Shown: positions 17,120-26,029 of the stretch, in pieces
How the letters are laid out: each line of letters begins with the position of its first letter
Numbering within the stretch: position 1 is the first letter of the stretch
NCBI GenBank assembly: GCA_051892935.1
Contig: JBJFGS010000020.1
Location: 1 to 64,000, forward strand
Length of the DNA: 64,000 nucleotides
Reading direction: 5' to 3'
Source of the DNA: Candidatus Coprovivens sp.
GTDB taxonomy: Bacteria; Bacillota_I; Bacilli_A; RF39; UBA660
Notes under the pieces: model-generated
Told to the model about the DNA's origin: nothing
Seen by the model: the letters and a program-made list of their open reading frames with translations, nothing else
The model's database searches: none
Translations under genes and position numbers: made by a program

Positions 17120-19879
17120 ATGTTATTGTTGAGTATAGGCGATTTTGTATCAGAAGTTTTTTTAGGTATTATTATGACATTGGATGTTATAATATACGGA
17201 TTAGTCAATTCAGCTTATAAAATCTTTATGGCTATTGCGAGTGCAAGATTGTTATCATCTGATGTTTATTATGAGATTGCTAATAGAATTTATATCATTA
17301 TTGGTGTTTTGATGCTCTTTGTTTTGTCGTATGCTGTTTTAAAAGCAATAGTTGATCCTGATAATGCAATTAAAGGAGCTGGTGGCTCTGGAATTGTTAA
17401 AAGAGTAGTTATAGCAGTTATTGGACTTGCTATAACTCCTGTTTTGTTTAATGTTTTATATCAAGCACAAGGACTTTTTTTGGAGAATGATGTTTTAGGT
17501 AAAGTATTCTTTAGAATTCAAAATACTGAAAATATTGAAGTTAATGGTGTTTCTGGTAATCCCGATGAACAGATTAAGAATATAGGTGGTGCTGTAGCTG
17601 CTACTAGTATTTGGCAAGCTTTTTTTCATCCTATGGAAGGGTATGATGCTTCTGAAATCACATCTAGCTCTACTGAATATACTATTTCTGCTATTGCAAC
17701 TGGTCTTGCTTGTGCGGCAGGTATTGCTGCTTCTATTATTGCTGGAATTGCTTCTGGTGGAGTTGGCTTTTTCTTGATAGGTGGTGCGGCTGTTTATTTG
17801 TGTGCTAATTCCATTAATGGTGATATTGAACAAGCAGGTCAAATTGAAGCTTTAGGTGGAAACATTACCTTGGAACAAGCTTATGCTTCTGCTGCTGGTA
17901 CTGGTAATTTTCATGTTTTTTTAATATTTATTGATAATATTATTGAAGATGGGGAAATTGAGTATATGTGGGGCGTTTCAACATTGTGCGGAGCATTTGC
18001 CTTATATGCTTTTGGATCATTTAGTATTGATATGGGTATTAGGGCTGCTAAGTTGGCTTATTACCAGATTATTGCTCCTATACCGCTTATTATGCAGGTT
18101 TTACCTAAGTATAAAGATAATTTTAGTAAGTATATGAAGAATGTTGTTTCAACGTTTTTGGAAGTATTTATTCGAATTTCTGTTGTTTATATTGTTGTTT
18201 TTGTTATTTGTCATTTACAAGATTTATTTTCTTCTGTTGGTTCGTTATGGGGAAATGCGTCTTTAAGTAACGGTGAGAAGTTTTTTGCTTTAGCACTATT
18301 AATTCTAGGTTTATTAATTTTTGCCAAGAGTGCACCTGATATTATTTGTCAATCTCTTAATATTGAAAAAGGTTCAATGAAATTAGGTATTGGTAAAAAG
18401 TTAGCAGAAGGTGGAGCTTTTGCTGCTGGTGGTATTGGTTACGCAGGTGTTACTTCAGCTGTTCGTAACTGGAGAAATCCAGAAAATAAAGATAAAAGTT
18501 TTATGTCTAAAGCACGTTCCGCAGTTGCTGGTTTTGGTTCTGGTACTGCTAGAGCTGCATTTAATCAATTTGGACCTGGACCTAATCGTAAACCCGCTAT
18601 GACTTTACATGATATGTTAAATGTTGGTGAAAGATCTGCTCAAGGAGCAACAGATAAGCGTGATAGTAGAGATAAAAGACAGGCTGAATTGGCTGCTGCT
18701 AGAAAAGATTACGAAAATGCTACTAATGAATTTAATACTGCAGTAGCTAATGGTGATATTGAAGCTCAAGCAAAAGCACAAGAAAGAATGAATGATGCAC
18801 ATCGACGTATTAATGAATCTACTGCTATGGGATCTATAGAAACAAAAATTTACAACAAACTTGATTCTTGGTCTACTGGTTCTGTTAGTACAGCTGAGGA
18901 AGAAGCTAAAATTAAATTTATGGGAAGTCTTGATGGATTAAAGGATAAACTAAGAGATAAAACTGCTAAGAAATCTTATGTTCAAGCTGCGATGGACTAT
19001 GAAAAAGAATTAAATTCTCGTCAAGTTGAACAATTTGATCAATCTTCATATCAAGCTGCATTCTCACAATACTTAGCTACTCATCAAGCTGCTACTGATG
19101 CTGAAAAAACAGCTGAAGCAGCAAGATTACGTAGTATGTATACGTTGAGTGATGATGAATATAGACAAAAAGTTAATGAACTTTCTAATATGAGAACTGC
19201 TGCTAAGAAAGCAAGAGAAGCTGCACAAGATAGAGCTATTGTTGAATTAGCTGCTGAAGGAGATGCAGGAGTTTTAGGTATTTTAACACCATTCTTCCAA
19301 GAAAATGCTGATTTTATATCAAAATATAAAAGTGACAGATTTAAAATTGATAAACGTGGTAAAGTTGAGATGACTCTTGGGGAGATTATTTCTCAAAATT
19401 TTGGAGCTTCAGCTCTTAGTGGTGGATTTATACCAGATGAAGTATTTACTAAAAATACTGCATTCAAAGTGGAAGATGTTTCTATTAGAGGTGCTGATGG
19501 TAAGCCTCTTAGTGTTAGATATCAGATTGATACAGTTCAAGGTAGTGCTACTAGTGGAGAATATGTAATGGTTAATAAAGATGGACAAAAAGTTAATTTA
19601 GTTACAAGGCAAGATCCTTCTGGTAATACTTACTACGATACTGAAGTAATGACTGATCAAACTGCGGCACCTAGAGAGCATTATAAAAATAATGATTTCT
19701 TCTTAACTAAAATATTTGAGACTATAGCTGCTGGAGGATCAGCTGATTCTGAGACTTCTACATCAGTAGCTGGAGATGCTGGTAAGTGGGGTAAATCTAA
19801 TATTGTCAATGGTCCTGAATATAAAAATAAAGTTGTTAGAAAACGTCAAATGGAAGATGCTAAGTCAGGAAAGAAATAA
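17120..19879 (+). CDS. Extended VirB6/TrbL-like polytopic channel protein with a long cytoplasmic coiled-coil C-terminus
   Basis: Multiple TMs; RAAKLAYYQIIAPIP VirB6-type motif; Gly/Ala-rich segment after the last TM; lies between the pilins and virB3/virB4. Confidence 0.75.
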   Translation: MLLLSIGDFVSEVFLGIIMTLDVIIYGLVNSAYKIFMAIASARLLSSDVYYEIANRIYIIIGVLMLFVLSYAVLKAIVDPDNAIKGAGGSGIVKRVVIAVIGLAITPVLFNVLYQAQGLFLENDVLGKVFFRIQNTENIEVNGVSGNPDEQIKNIGGAVAATSIWQAFFHPMEGYDASEITSSSTEYTISAIATGLACAAGIAASIIAGIASGGVGFFLIGGAAVYLCANSINGDIEQAGQIEALGGNITLEQAYASAAGTGNFHVFLIFIDNIIEDGEIEYMWGVSTLCGAFALYAFGSFSIDMGIRAAKLAYYQIIAPIPLIMQVLPKYKDNFSKYMKNVVSTFLEVFIRISVVYIVVFVICHLQDLFSSVGSLWGNASLSNGEKFFALALLILGLLIFAKSAPDIICQSLNIEKGSMKLGIGKKLAEGGAFAAGGIGYAGVTSAVRNWRNPENKDKSFMSKARSAVAGFGSGTARAAFNQFGPGPNRKPAMTLHDMLNVGERSAQGATDKRDSRDKRQAELAAARKDYENATNEFNTAVANGDIEAQAKAQERMNDAHRRINESTAMGSIETKIYNKLDSWSTGSVSTAEEEAKIKFMGSLDGLKDKLRDKTAKKSYVQAAMDYEKELNSRQVEQFDQSSYQAAFSQYLATHQAATDAEKTAEAARLRSMYTLSDDEYRQKVNELSNMRTAAKKAREAAQDRAIVELAAEGDAGVLGILTPFFQENADFISKYKSDRFKIDKRGKVEMTLGEIISQNFGASALSGGFIPDEVFTKNTAFKVEDVSIRGADGKPLSVRYQIDTVQGSATSGEYVMVNKDGQKVNLVTRQDPSGNTYYDTEVMTDQTAAPREHYKNNDFFLTKIFETIAAGGSADSETSTSVAGDAGKWGKSNIVNGPEYKNKVVRKRQMEDAKSGKK

Positions 19880-19902
19880 TAGAAGGAAGGTTTGTGTGAT
19901 AT

Positions 19903-20226
19903 ATGAATAATAATAACTTTTTAATACCAGCCAATTCGAAGAAATCTCAATTGATTTTGGGATTCTTCAACGGCTTTGATTTAATGGTATTCTTGTTTGG
20001 AGTTGGTTTCTCTGTATTATTATTATGTTTGGTTAAGTCGAACAATTTGATGGTAATGTTGGGATTGGCTTCTCCTGCTATAATTGCTTCATTTTTGGTT
20101 GCTCCTGTTCCAAATTATCATAATGTTATGACTTTAATTGGAAATATATATAAGTATTCTACTGGAAGAAAAAAATATTATTGGAGAGGTTGGTGTGTAA
20201 AATATGGGAATAATAGAGGCAAGTAG
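19903..20226 (+). CDS. VirB3/PrgI/TcpE-like small two-TM protein
   Basis: FLIPANSKK...ILG..FD N-terminus, 2 TMs and basic C-terminus; upstream of virB4. Confidence 0.65.
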   Translation: MNNNNFLIPANSKKSQLILGFFNGFDLMVFLFGVGFSVLLLCLVKSNNLMVMLGLASPAIIASFLVAPVPNYHNVMTLIGNIYKYSTGRKKYYWRGWCVKYGNNRGK

Positions 20227-20812
20227 AGTTAATCAAACTCCCACACAAAGTCAAGGAAATGTATCAGTTGAGCAAACTAGTAAATGGACTGAAGATTGGG
20301 TACCTATAAAGAATATAATGAATGGTATGATTCAGTTGGATAATGGTTATTATGTAACTGGTATTAAGGTAGCTCCTAAAAACATCTTTATTTTGGATGC
20401 TGGAGAAAGAGAAAATGTAATATTTAACTTACAAAATTTTTACAATATGATTGATTATGAATTTTGGTTAGTTGTTGCAGATAGACCGGTTGATATTAAC
20501 CTATATTTATCTCAATTGCAATTATTGTATCAAAGATGCACAGATGGAGCGATTAGAAAATTAATTATTCAAGATATTAATAAAGCTAATGCTTTTATGG
20601 GTGCAGAGTATAATGTTGTTGATACTGAATACTTTATTTTATTCAAGGAGAAAAAATTAGAAATAGTTCAAAAGAGATTACATAATTTAGTTGCTGGTTT
20701 AGCGAATGCATCAATTAATTCTACGCAGGTATCTAATTCTGATTTGAGAATGATTTTAGATAATTTCTTAAATGGTGGAATGACTACTTCTTTTGGGACG
20801 GTGAGAGTATAA
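20204..20812 (+). CDS. VirB4-associated protein (TraC-N/TrsD-like; probable split N-terminal VirB4 module)
   Basis: WVPIKNIMNGMI.L.NG.YV.GIKV.P.NIF pattern typical of VirB4 N-terminal regions; directly upstream of a short VirB4. Confidence 0.55.
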   Translation: MGIIEASRVNQTPTQSQGNVSVEQTSKWTEDWVPIKNIMNGMIQLDNGYYVTGIKVAPKNIFILDAGERENVIFNLQNFYNMIDYEFWLVVADRPVDINLYLSQLQLLYQRCTDGAIRKLIIQDINKANAFMGAEYNVVDTEYFILFKEKKLEIVQKRLHNLVAGLANASINSTQVSNSDLRMILDNFLNGGMTTSFGTVRV

Positions 20813-20813
20813 T

Positions 20814-22598
20814 ATGAATATAAAAAGTGAAATCGCTCCTAAGGGCTTACAATTTAAACCAATGGATTTTATAATTAGTGGTAAATATGCAACTATTTTG
20901 ACGGTTATAAGTTATCCTAAGTTTATTAATCCTGGCTTTTTAGCAAATTTAACTAATATATCTGGTGTTAAAATTGTTGCGAAACATATACCAATTGAGT
21001 TTTCAACATTACAGTCAATGTTAAATAAAGAAATAGCTGATTTAAAAATGCGTTATCAATCTGAGAGAGATCAAACAATTCAAGAAAGAATTAGACAAGA
21101 TTATGAATCATTGGAAAGCTTTATTTCTATGTTAGCTGCTACTCAGGCAAGAATTTTTGATTTTCAATTGCATATAATGGTTACTGCTGATAATCCAGAA
21201 GAACTAGAAATGAAAAAAATGCAAGTTAGAAGTTATATAGATGCTTTAGGAATGAAGGCTGTATCTTTAATGTTTGAACAAGAAAAGGTTTTAAAATCTA
21301 TTATACCTATATTTCCTAAACAAGATATTGAAAATAGAATTGGTACACCAATTCCATCAATTACTATTTCTGCTATGTATCCTTTTGTTTTTGATAGTAT
21401 AAAAGATCCTGGTGATTCTACTTTATTAGGTGTAGATTTCTCTGGTGGTGTTATATTATTTAATCAATTCTTATTTAAAATAAAGAAAGAACATAATAGG
21501 AATAATGCTAATATGATTATTTTAGGTACTTCTGGTTCAGGAAAATCTACTGCTGCTAAATTGTTAATAAGAAGTCATATTAGAAATGGTTATAAGGTAA
21601 TTTGTCTTGATCCTGAGGGGGAACTTGAAGATATGTGTAAAAATGTCAACGGAAGTTTCTTAGATTTAGGTAAAGGTGGAGAATTTGGTATGATTAATCC
21701 ACTTGAAGTAGTTCCAGATGCTGATCAAGATGAACTTGATCAGGGGTTAGGTTATACTGTTTTAACAAGAGCTTTACAATCTTTGAAAGCTTTTATGAAG
21801 TATTTAACACCTAGTATTGAAGATGATGTTTTAGCTATGTTTAGTGAAGTAGTACAAGACACTTATAAACGTTATAAAATTGATTTTGATACTGATTTTA
21901 GTAAGTTAACTTCAGAAGATTTCCCAACGTTCGATGATGTTTATGCTACTATAAAAGGTAGATTGCTTTCAATGCCTGATAAGACTAGAGAAAGAGATGT
22001 AATGGAAAGACTAGAATTAAAGGTTAGACCATTAACTAGAGAATTAAGGTATTATTTTTGCGGGCATACTACTTTAAATATCGATAGTAATATAATAGTA
22101 TTTAATATTAGAGAGTTAATGAATGCTGATGAAAATATTAGAAATGCTTTATTCTTTAATATTTTAAAATATGCTTGGGGATTAAGTTTAGATAAAGAGC
22201 TAACTACTGTATTATGTGTTGATGAAGCTCATGTTCTTTTATCTACAAGAAATGAATTGGGTGCTGAATTCTTAGCACAGATTCAAAGACGTGCACGTAA
22301 ATATAATACTGGTACTATTATAATTACTCAACAACCTACTGATTTTGCTGCTCCTAATGTTATAGTACATGGAAAAGCTATATTTGATAATGCCTCTTAT
22401 TATTTAGTAATGGGCTTGAAAAAACAAGCTACTGAGGATTTAGCATTATTAATTGATTTGAATGAAAGTGAAATTGATAGTATTAAGTATTATAATCAAG
22501 GTGAAGCATTGTTTGTTTGTGGTAGTAGACGTATGAGAGTTCATATCTTATGTACGCAAGAAGAATTAGATTCTTTTGGTACAGGTGGTGGATTGTAG
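20814..22598 (+). CDS. virB4: VirB4-family T4SS ATPase
   Basis: NANMIILGTSGSGKS Walker A; DPEGE; INPLE; VDEAH Walker B; RRARKYN; TQQ; GEALF. Confidence 0.93.
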   Translation: MNIKSEIAPKGLQFKPMDFIISGKYATILTVISYPKFINPGFLANLTNISGVKIVAKHIPIEFSTLQSMLNKEIADLKMRYQSERDQTIQERIRQDYESLESFISMLAATQARIFDFQLHIMVTADNPEELEMKKMQVRSYIDALGMKAVSLMFEQEKVLKSIIPIFPKQDIENRIGTPIPSITISAMYPFVFDSIKDPGDSTLLGVDFSGGVILFNQFLFKIKKEHNRNNANMIILGTSGSGKSTAAKLLIRSHIRNGYKVICLDPEGELEDMCKNVNGSFLDLGKGGEFGMINPLEVVPDADQDELDQGLGYTVLTRALQSLKAFMKYLTPSIEDDVLAMFSEVVQDTYKRYKIDFDTDFSKLTSEDFPTFDDVYATIKGRLLSMPDKTRERDVMERLELKVRPLTRELRYYFCGHTTLNIDSNIIVFNIRELMNADENIRNALFFNILKYAWGLSLDKELTTVLCVDEAHVLLSTRNELGAEFLAQIQRRARKYNTGTIIITQQPTDFAAPNVIVHGKAIFDNASYYLVMGLKKQATEDLALLIDLNESEIDSIKYYNQGEALFVCGSRRMRVHILCTQEELDSFGTGGGL

Positions 22599-22604
22599 TT
22601 TTTT

Positions 22605-22628
22605 AAAAAGCTGTTTAACAGCTTTTTT
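22605..22628 (+). terminator. Intrinsic terminator after virB4
   Basis: AAAAAGCTGTT-T-AACAGCTTTTTT, followed by a TGTTATACT extended -10. Confidence 0.7.
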
Positions 22629-22674
22629 ATTTTCTTTCTTTATGTTATACTTTTTATAGTTGGACGGTGGTATT

Positions 22675-25122
22675 ATGTCTCAAAAAATTATTGATGTGGT
22701 AAATAGTGAGGGAAAGAATGCCGATCAAGTTAAATCGGAAGCTCAACGAGATTTTGAAAATGCAAGAAATGATTATAATGATTTAGCTAATTCCTCTTTA
22801 CAAGATTCCGTTAAAAAACAGTCTGGTGCTAGTAAAGGAGTTGAACGTCGTCCTGCAACTTCAATAGGAGCTCAAGGTTATAATTCGGGTACTAATGGTT
22901 ATGCTAATAACAATAGCCCACGAAATAGTTCTTTAAATAAACCTGATAATGGTTTAAAGAAGGATGATGATAAACTTTCTGATAATAAGGAATCTGCTCC
23001 TGATATTGGCAAAGATTATGGAGATTCACAGGTACCACAAAATGATGGTGATAGTGTTGAACCAGCGGTTAATTCGGGTTCAAATACGGATAATCAAGTT
23101 AATCGAAATGTACCTGGGGAAGCTCGTCGTCAGGGAAAAAAAGATGACACCAATCAATCTGATAAAAATGGTGAGGAGTCAGATGATAAAGAAAAATCTG
23201 ATAAAAAAAGTAATGATTTAGATGAAATAGATAAAAAAAAGAAAGAACAAGAGCAAAATAATAATCAAACTAGTGGTAATCAAGGTGATAATGCTACTAA
23301 AAATAAAAGTGGAAAAAATGATGAGACTAGTAATTCTCAAAATAATAGTAATAATGGTAATGATTCTACTGGTAATGGATATGGTGCTTTAAGAAGAAAT
23401 AATAAAAATCAAGTACAACCTTCTGATTCGACTAAGAATGCAAGACGTAATTTAGATCATCAGAATAAAGTTAATTCTGAAAATTCTAAATCTCTTTCTA
23501 GTGGTTTAAAAGGAGGATTAAGCTCTAAACTTGGTGGAAATTTTATGTCTGGTTTAAAGAATAAGTTTAAGGGCGGCGTAAAAAACATATTTAACAAGGC
23601 GAATAATGAGTTTTCGGATGGAAATAATGGGACAAATTCTGAACACGATAATTCATTTATGGGAGATTTACTTAATAATGCAATGGCTTCTATTACTTCT
23701 AGTCCTTATTTTAAAATTGCAGCGATTATTTTTATTTTATTTATCTTAATATTATTATCTTTATTATCGGATGGGTCTTTAGGCAAGGGTAAGAAAACTT
23801 GTACTTATAATTTGTCTGGTTTATCTAGTAATGGTAATGTTGAAATAAAGAATGCTAAGGTCGAATTAATTAATTGTGATGGTTCTGAGGCTGGTGGTTA
23901 TGAAGTTCTTGATGTAATAGATTTTGAAAAATATGTTTTGGGTGTTACTTTGGCAGAAGCTGGGCCTGGTCATGAGTATGATGATACATATAAGGCGCAG
24001 ATAATAGCAGTACGTAATTTTACTTTAACTAGACATTTAGGTATGTGTCCAAGTAATCCTGATAATTGTTTTTTTGGTTATAATGCGGAAACTAATACTT
24101 TCCGTATGAGAGCTTGTACAAATGATCAGGTTTATTGGGATTATACTAAGGATATTTATACTGAATTAAGAGATGGAAAACCAAGTTTATATGGACCTGA
24201 AGCTGAAGCTAATGGAACGATTTGGAAAACAGCTTTGAGTGAAGAAGAAATTGCTCGTTATGAGGGTATTGCTGAAGAAGTAATGGGGGAAGTATTACTT
24301 GATGAAAATGGTGATGTTTTAAAACTTGGTTATAAGGCTCCTCAAACTGAAAAGTTTATTTCTATGCCTGCAGAAGGATATAATTATGTAGAAATACTTA
24401 ATGAAGTATATGGTTCATCTAATATTGCTAGTTCAAAATGTAGTTATTCTGGCCATTTTGATTATGGAGATTATACATTAACATCTGATGACGATACAGT
24501 TTTAAATCAGTCTTTGGAAAGTTTTTTAAGTAGTAATGGTAGTAGTTTGGAAGAATTTAACGAGTTAATTGCTAGTAATGTTGATGATGCTGGATATGGT
24601 ACTAGAGCTGGAGTTGTTGCTGCTGCTGTAACACTTATTGGTGAATTAGGTGATAATTATGGTGTTAAAGTTCCTTATTATTGGGGTGGAGGTCACGCTG
24701 ATGGTGTAGTTGTTGGAGCTTTAGGATATTGGGGCAGTACTGAGTGTAGAACATCTGCTAATGGTCGTGTTTATGATCGATGTGGTCTTGATTGCTCTGG
24801 ATTTGTTCCTTGGGCAATTAAAAATGGTGGATTTAATATAAGTCAAAACTTAGCTAGTAATTTTCAATATTTGAGTGGAGCAAGAAGAGTGTCGTTAAGT
24901 TCTGGTAGTGCTGTTGTTCAACCGGGTGACTTATTAGAATCAGATGGTCATGTTGTATTGGTTGTTGCAATAGATGAAGAAAGTAAGGAGTATATATGTG
25001 CTGAGGCTGCTGGTTATGATTATGGAGTTCTTTTTGTTAGGAGATCGTTTGGAAGTAGCGGATATTGGGGTGTAGATATGGAAGGCTATTATACAGAATC
25101 AAATGTAAGGAGTAAAAGCTAA
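22675..25122 (+). CDS. Membrane-anchored bifunctional cell-wall hydrolase (SpoIID/LytB-like plus NlpC/P60), VirB1 analogue
   Basis: About 340-aa N/S/D/K low-complexity N-terminus and one TM. SpoIID motifs EKYVLGVTLAE..KAQIIAVRNF..DQVY; NlpC/P60 motifs YYWGG, GLDCSGFV, PGDLL, GHVVLV, AEA. Confidence 0.85.
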   Translation: MSQKIIDVVNSEGKNADQVKSEAQRDFENARNDYNDLANSSLQDSVKKQSGASKGVERRPATSIGAQGYNSGTNGYANNNSPRNSSLNKPDNGLKKDDDKLSDNKESAPDIGKDYGDSQVPQNDGDSVEPAVNSGSNTDNQVNRNVPGEARRQGKKDDTNQSDKNGEESDDKEKSDKKSNDLDEIDKKKKEQEQNNNQTSGNQGDNATKNKSGKNDETSNSQNNSNNGNDSTGNGYGALRRNNKNQVQPSDSTKNARRNLDHQNKVNSENSKSLSSGLKGGLSSKLGGNFMSGLKNKFKGGVKNIFNKANNEFSDGNNGTNSEHDNSFMGDLLNNAMASITSSPYFKIAAIIFILFILILLSLLSDGSLGKGKKTCTYNLSGLSSNGNVEIKNAKVELINCDGSEAGGYEVLDVIDFEKYVLGVTLAEAGPGHEYDDTYKAQIIAVRNFTLTRHLGMCPSNPDNCFFGYNAETNTFRMRACTNDQVYWDYTKDIYTELRDGKPSLYGPEAEANGTIWKTALSEEEIARYEGIAEEVMGEVLLDENGDVLKLGYKAPQTEKFISMPAEGYNYVEILNEVYGSSNIASSKCSYSGHFDYGDYTLTSDDDTVLNQSLESFLSSNGSSLEEFNELIASNVDDAGYGTRAGVVAAAVTLIGELGDNYGVKVPYYWGGGHADGVVVGALGYWGSTECRTSANGRVYDRCGLDCSGFVPWAIKNGGFNISQNLASNFQYLSGARRVSLSSGSAVVQPGDLLESDGHVVLVVAIDEESKEYICAEAAGYDYGVLFVRRSFGSSGYWGVDMEGYYTESNVRSKS

Positions 25123-25952
25123 TGAAGAAAATAATTATGTTGTTTTTAGTGATAATTGTTCTTACAGGTTGTAGTGCTGAAGTTAATATTAATATTGGTG
25201 AAAATGGAATAAATGAAACAATAACGATAAATGATACTTCGTCAACCAATTATTATAATTATGTTCCTGTATTTTATGATGATATATTTAGTGAAATTGA
25301 ACCCGATGTAAAAAATGAGGAAGTTTCTTATTATAATAAAAATGTTACTCAGAACGTTAATGGATATAAAATTAATTATAGTTATAAATATACTTTTGAT
25401 GAATATAAAAAAGCACGTTCTGTAAAGACTTCATTTAAATCTTTTAATTTAAGAAAAAGTGATATGGATGAGGAAATAGTAATTTCAACAGACAGTGGTG
25501 GTTTACAATGTTTTAATGCTTATTCTTCTTTGGATAGTGTTAAAATAAATATTATTCCTTCTTATAATGTTAAAGAGAGTAATGCTGATTATGTAAATGG
25601 TAATGTTTATACTTGGATATTTAATAGAACTACTAAAAAGAATATATATATGTTGTTAGATAATCCAAATAATTCGAGTTCTTCTGATAATAATTCTTCA
25701 AATGGAGATTCAAATAATGGTAATTCTTCTAGTGATAATAATTCTGTAAATAATAATGATAATAATAATAATAATAATAATGATAATAATAATGAAAATG
25801 ATCGTTTAAATGAAACTATTAATGAGAAAGATAGTAGTAAAAAGGATGATAAATCTTTTATAGATAAGTATCCATTTGTTATTTTGTTTGGTGCTATTAT
25901 TATTTTTCTAATGTTGTTCTTGGTGCTTTTTAAAGTTTCGAAAAGTGAATAA
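25122..25952 (+). CDS. Lipoprotein with Asn/Ser-rich linker and C-terminal TM (LppM-like topology)
   Basis: Lipobox LTGC; SNAD....NVYTW; poly-Asn linker; C-terminal TM. TAATG overlap with the hydrolase gene. Confidence 0.75.
   Translation: MKKIIMLFLVIIVLTGCSAEVNINIGENGINETITINDTSSTNYYNYVPVFYDDIFSEIEPDVKNEEVSYYNKNVTQNVNGYKINYSYKYTFDEYKKARSVKTSFKSFNLRKSDMDEEIVISTDSGGLQCFNAYSSLDSVKINIIPSYNVKESNADYVNGNVYTWIFNRTTKKNIYMLLDNPNNSSSSDNNSSNGDSNNGNSSSDNNSVNNNDNNNNNNNDNNNENDRLNETINEKDSSKKDDKSFIDKYPFVILFGAIIIFLMLFLVLFKVSKSE
25749..25793 (+). repeat. Imperfect (AAT)n trinucleotide tract encoding poly-Asn
   Basis: aataataatgataataataataataataataatgataataataat. Confidence 0.85.
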
Positions 25953-25953
25953 A

Positions 25954-25983
25954 AAATAAAAGGTTTATTTCCTTTTATTTTTG
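25954..25983 (+). terminator. Intrinsic terminator between the lipoprotein gene and virD4
   Basis: AAATAAAAGG-tttattt-CCTTTTATTT inverted repeat. Confidence 0.55.
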
Positions 25984-26029
25984 TATTATTATGTAGTATA
26001 ATATATTTAGATTTGGAGTGATTTTATCC

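Noticed and set aside
25680-25800. AAT/TCT-rich repeats as a CRISPR array or phase-variation switch
   Set aside because: This is an in-frame trinucleotide tract encoding an Asn/Ser linker. There is no repeat-spacer structure and no cas gene in the window.
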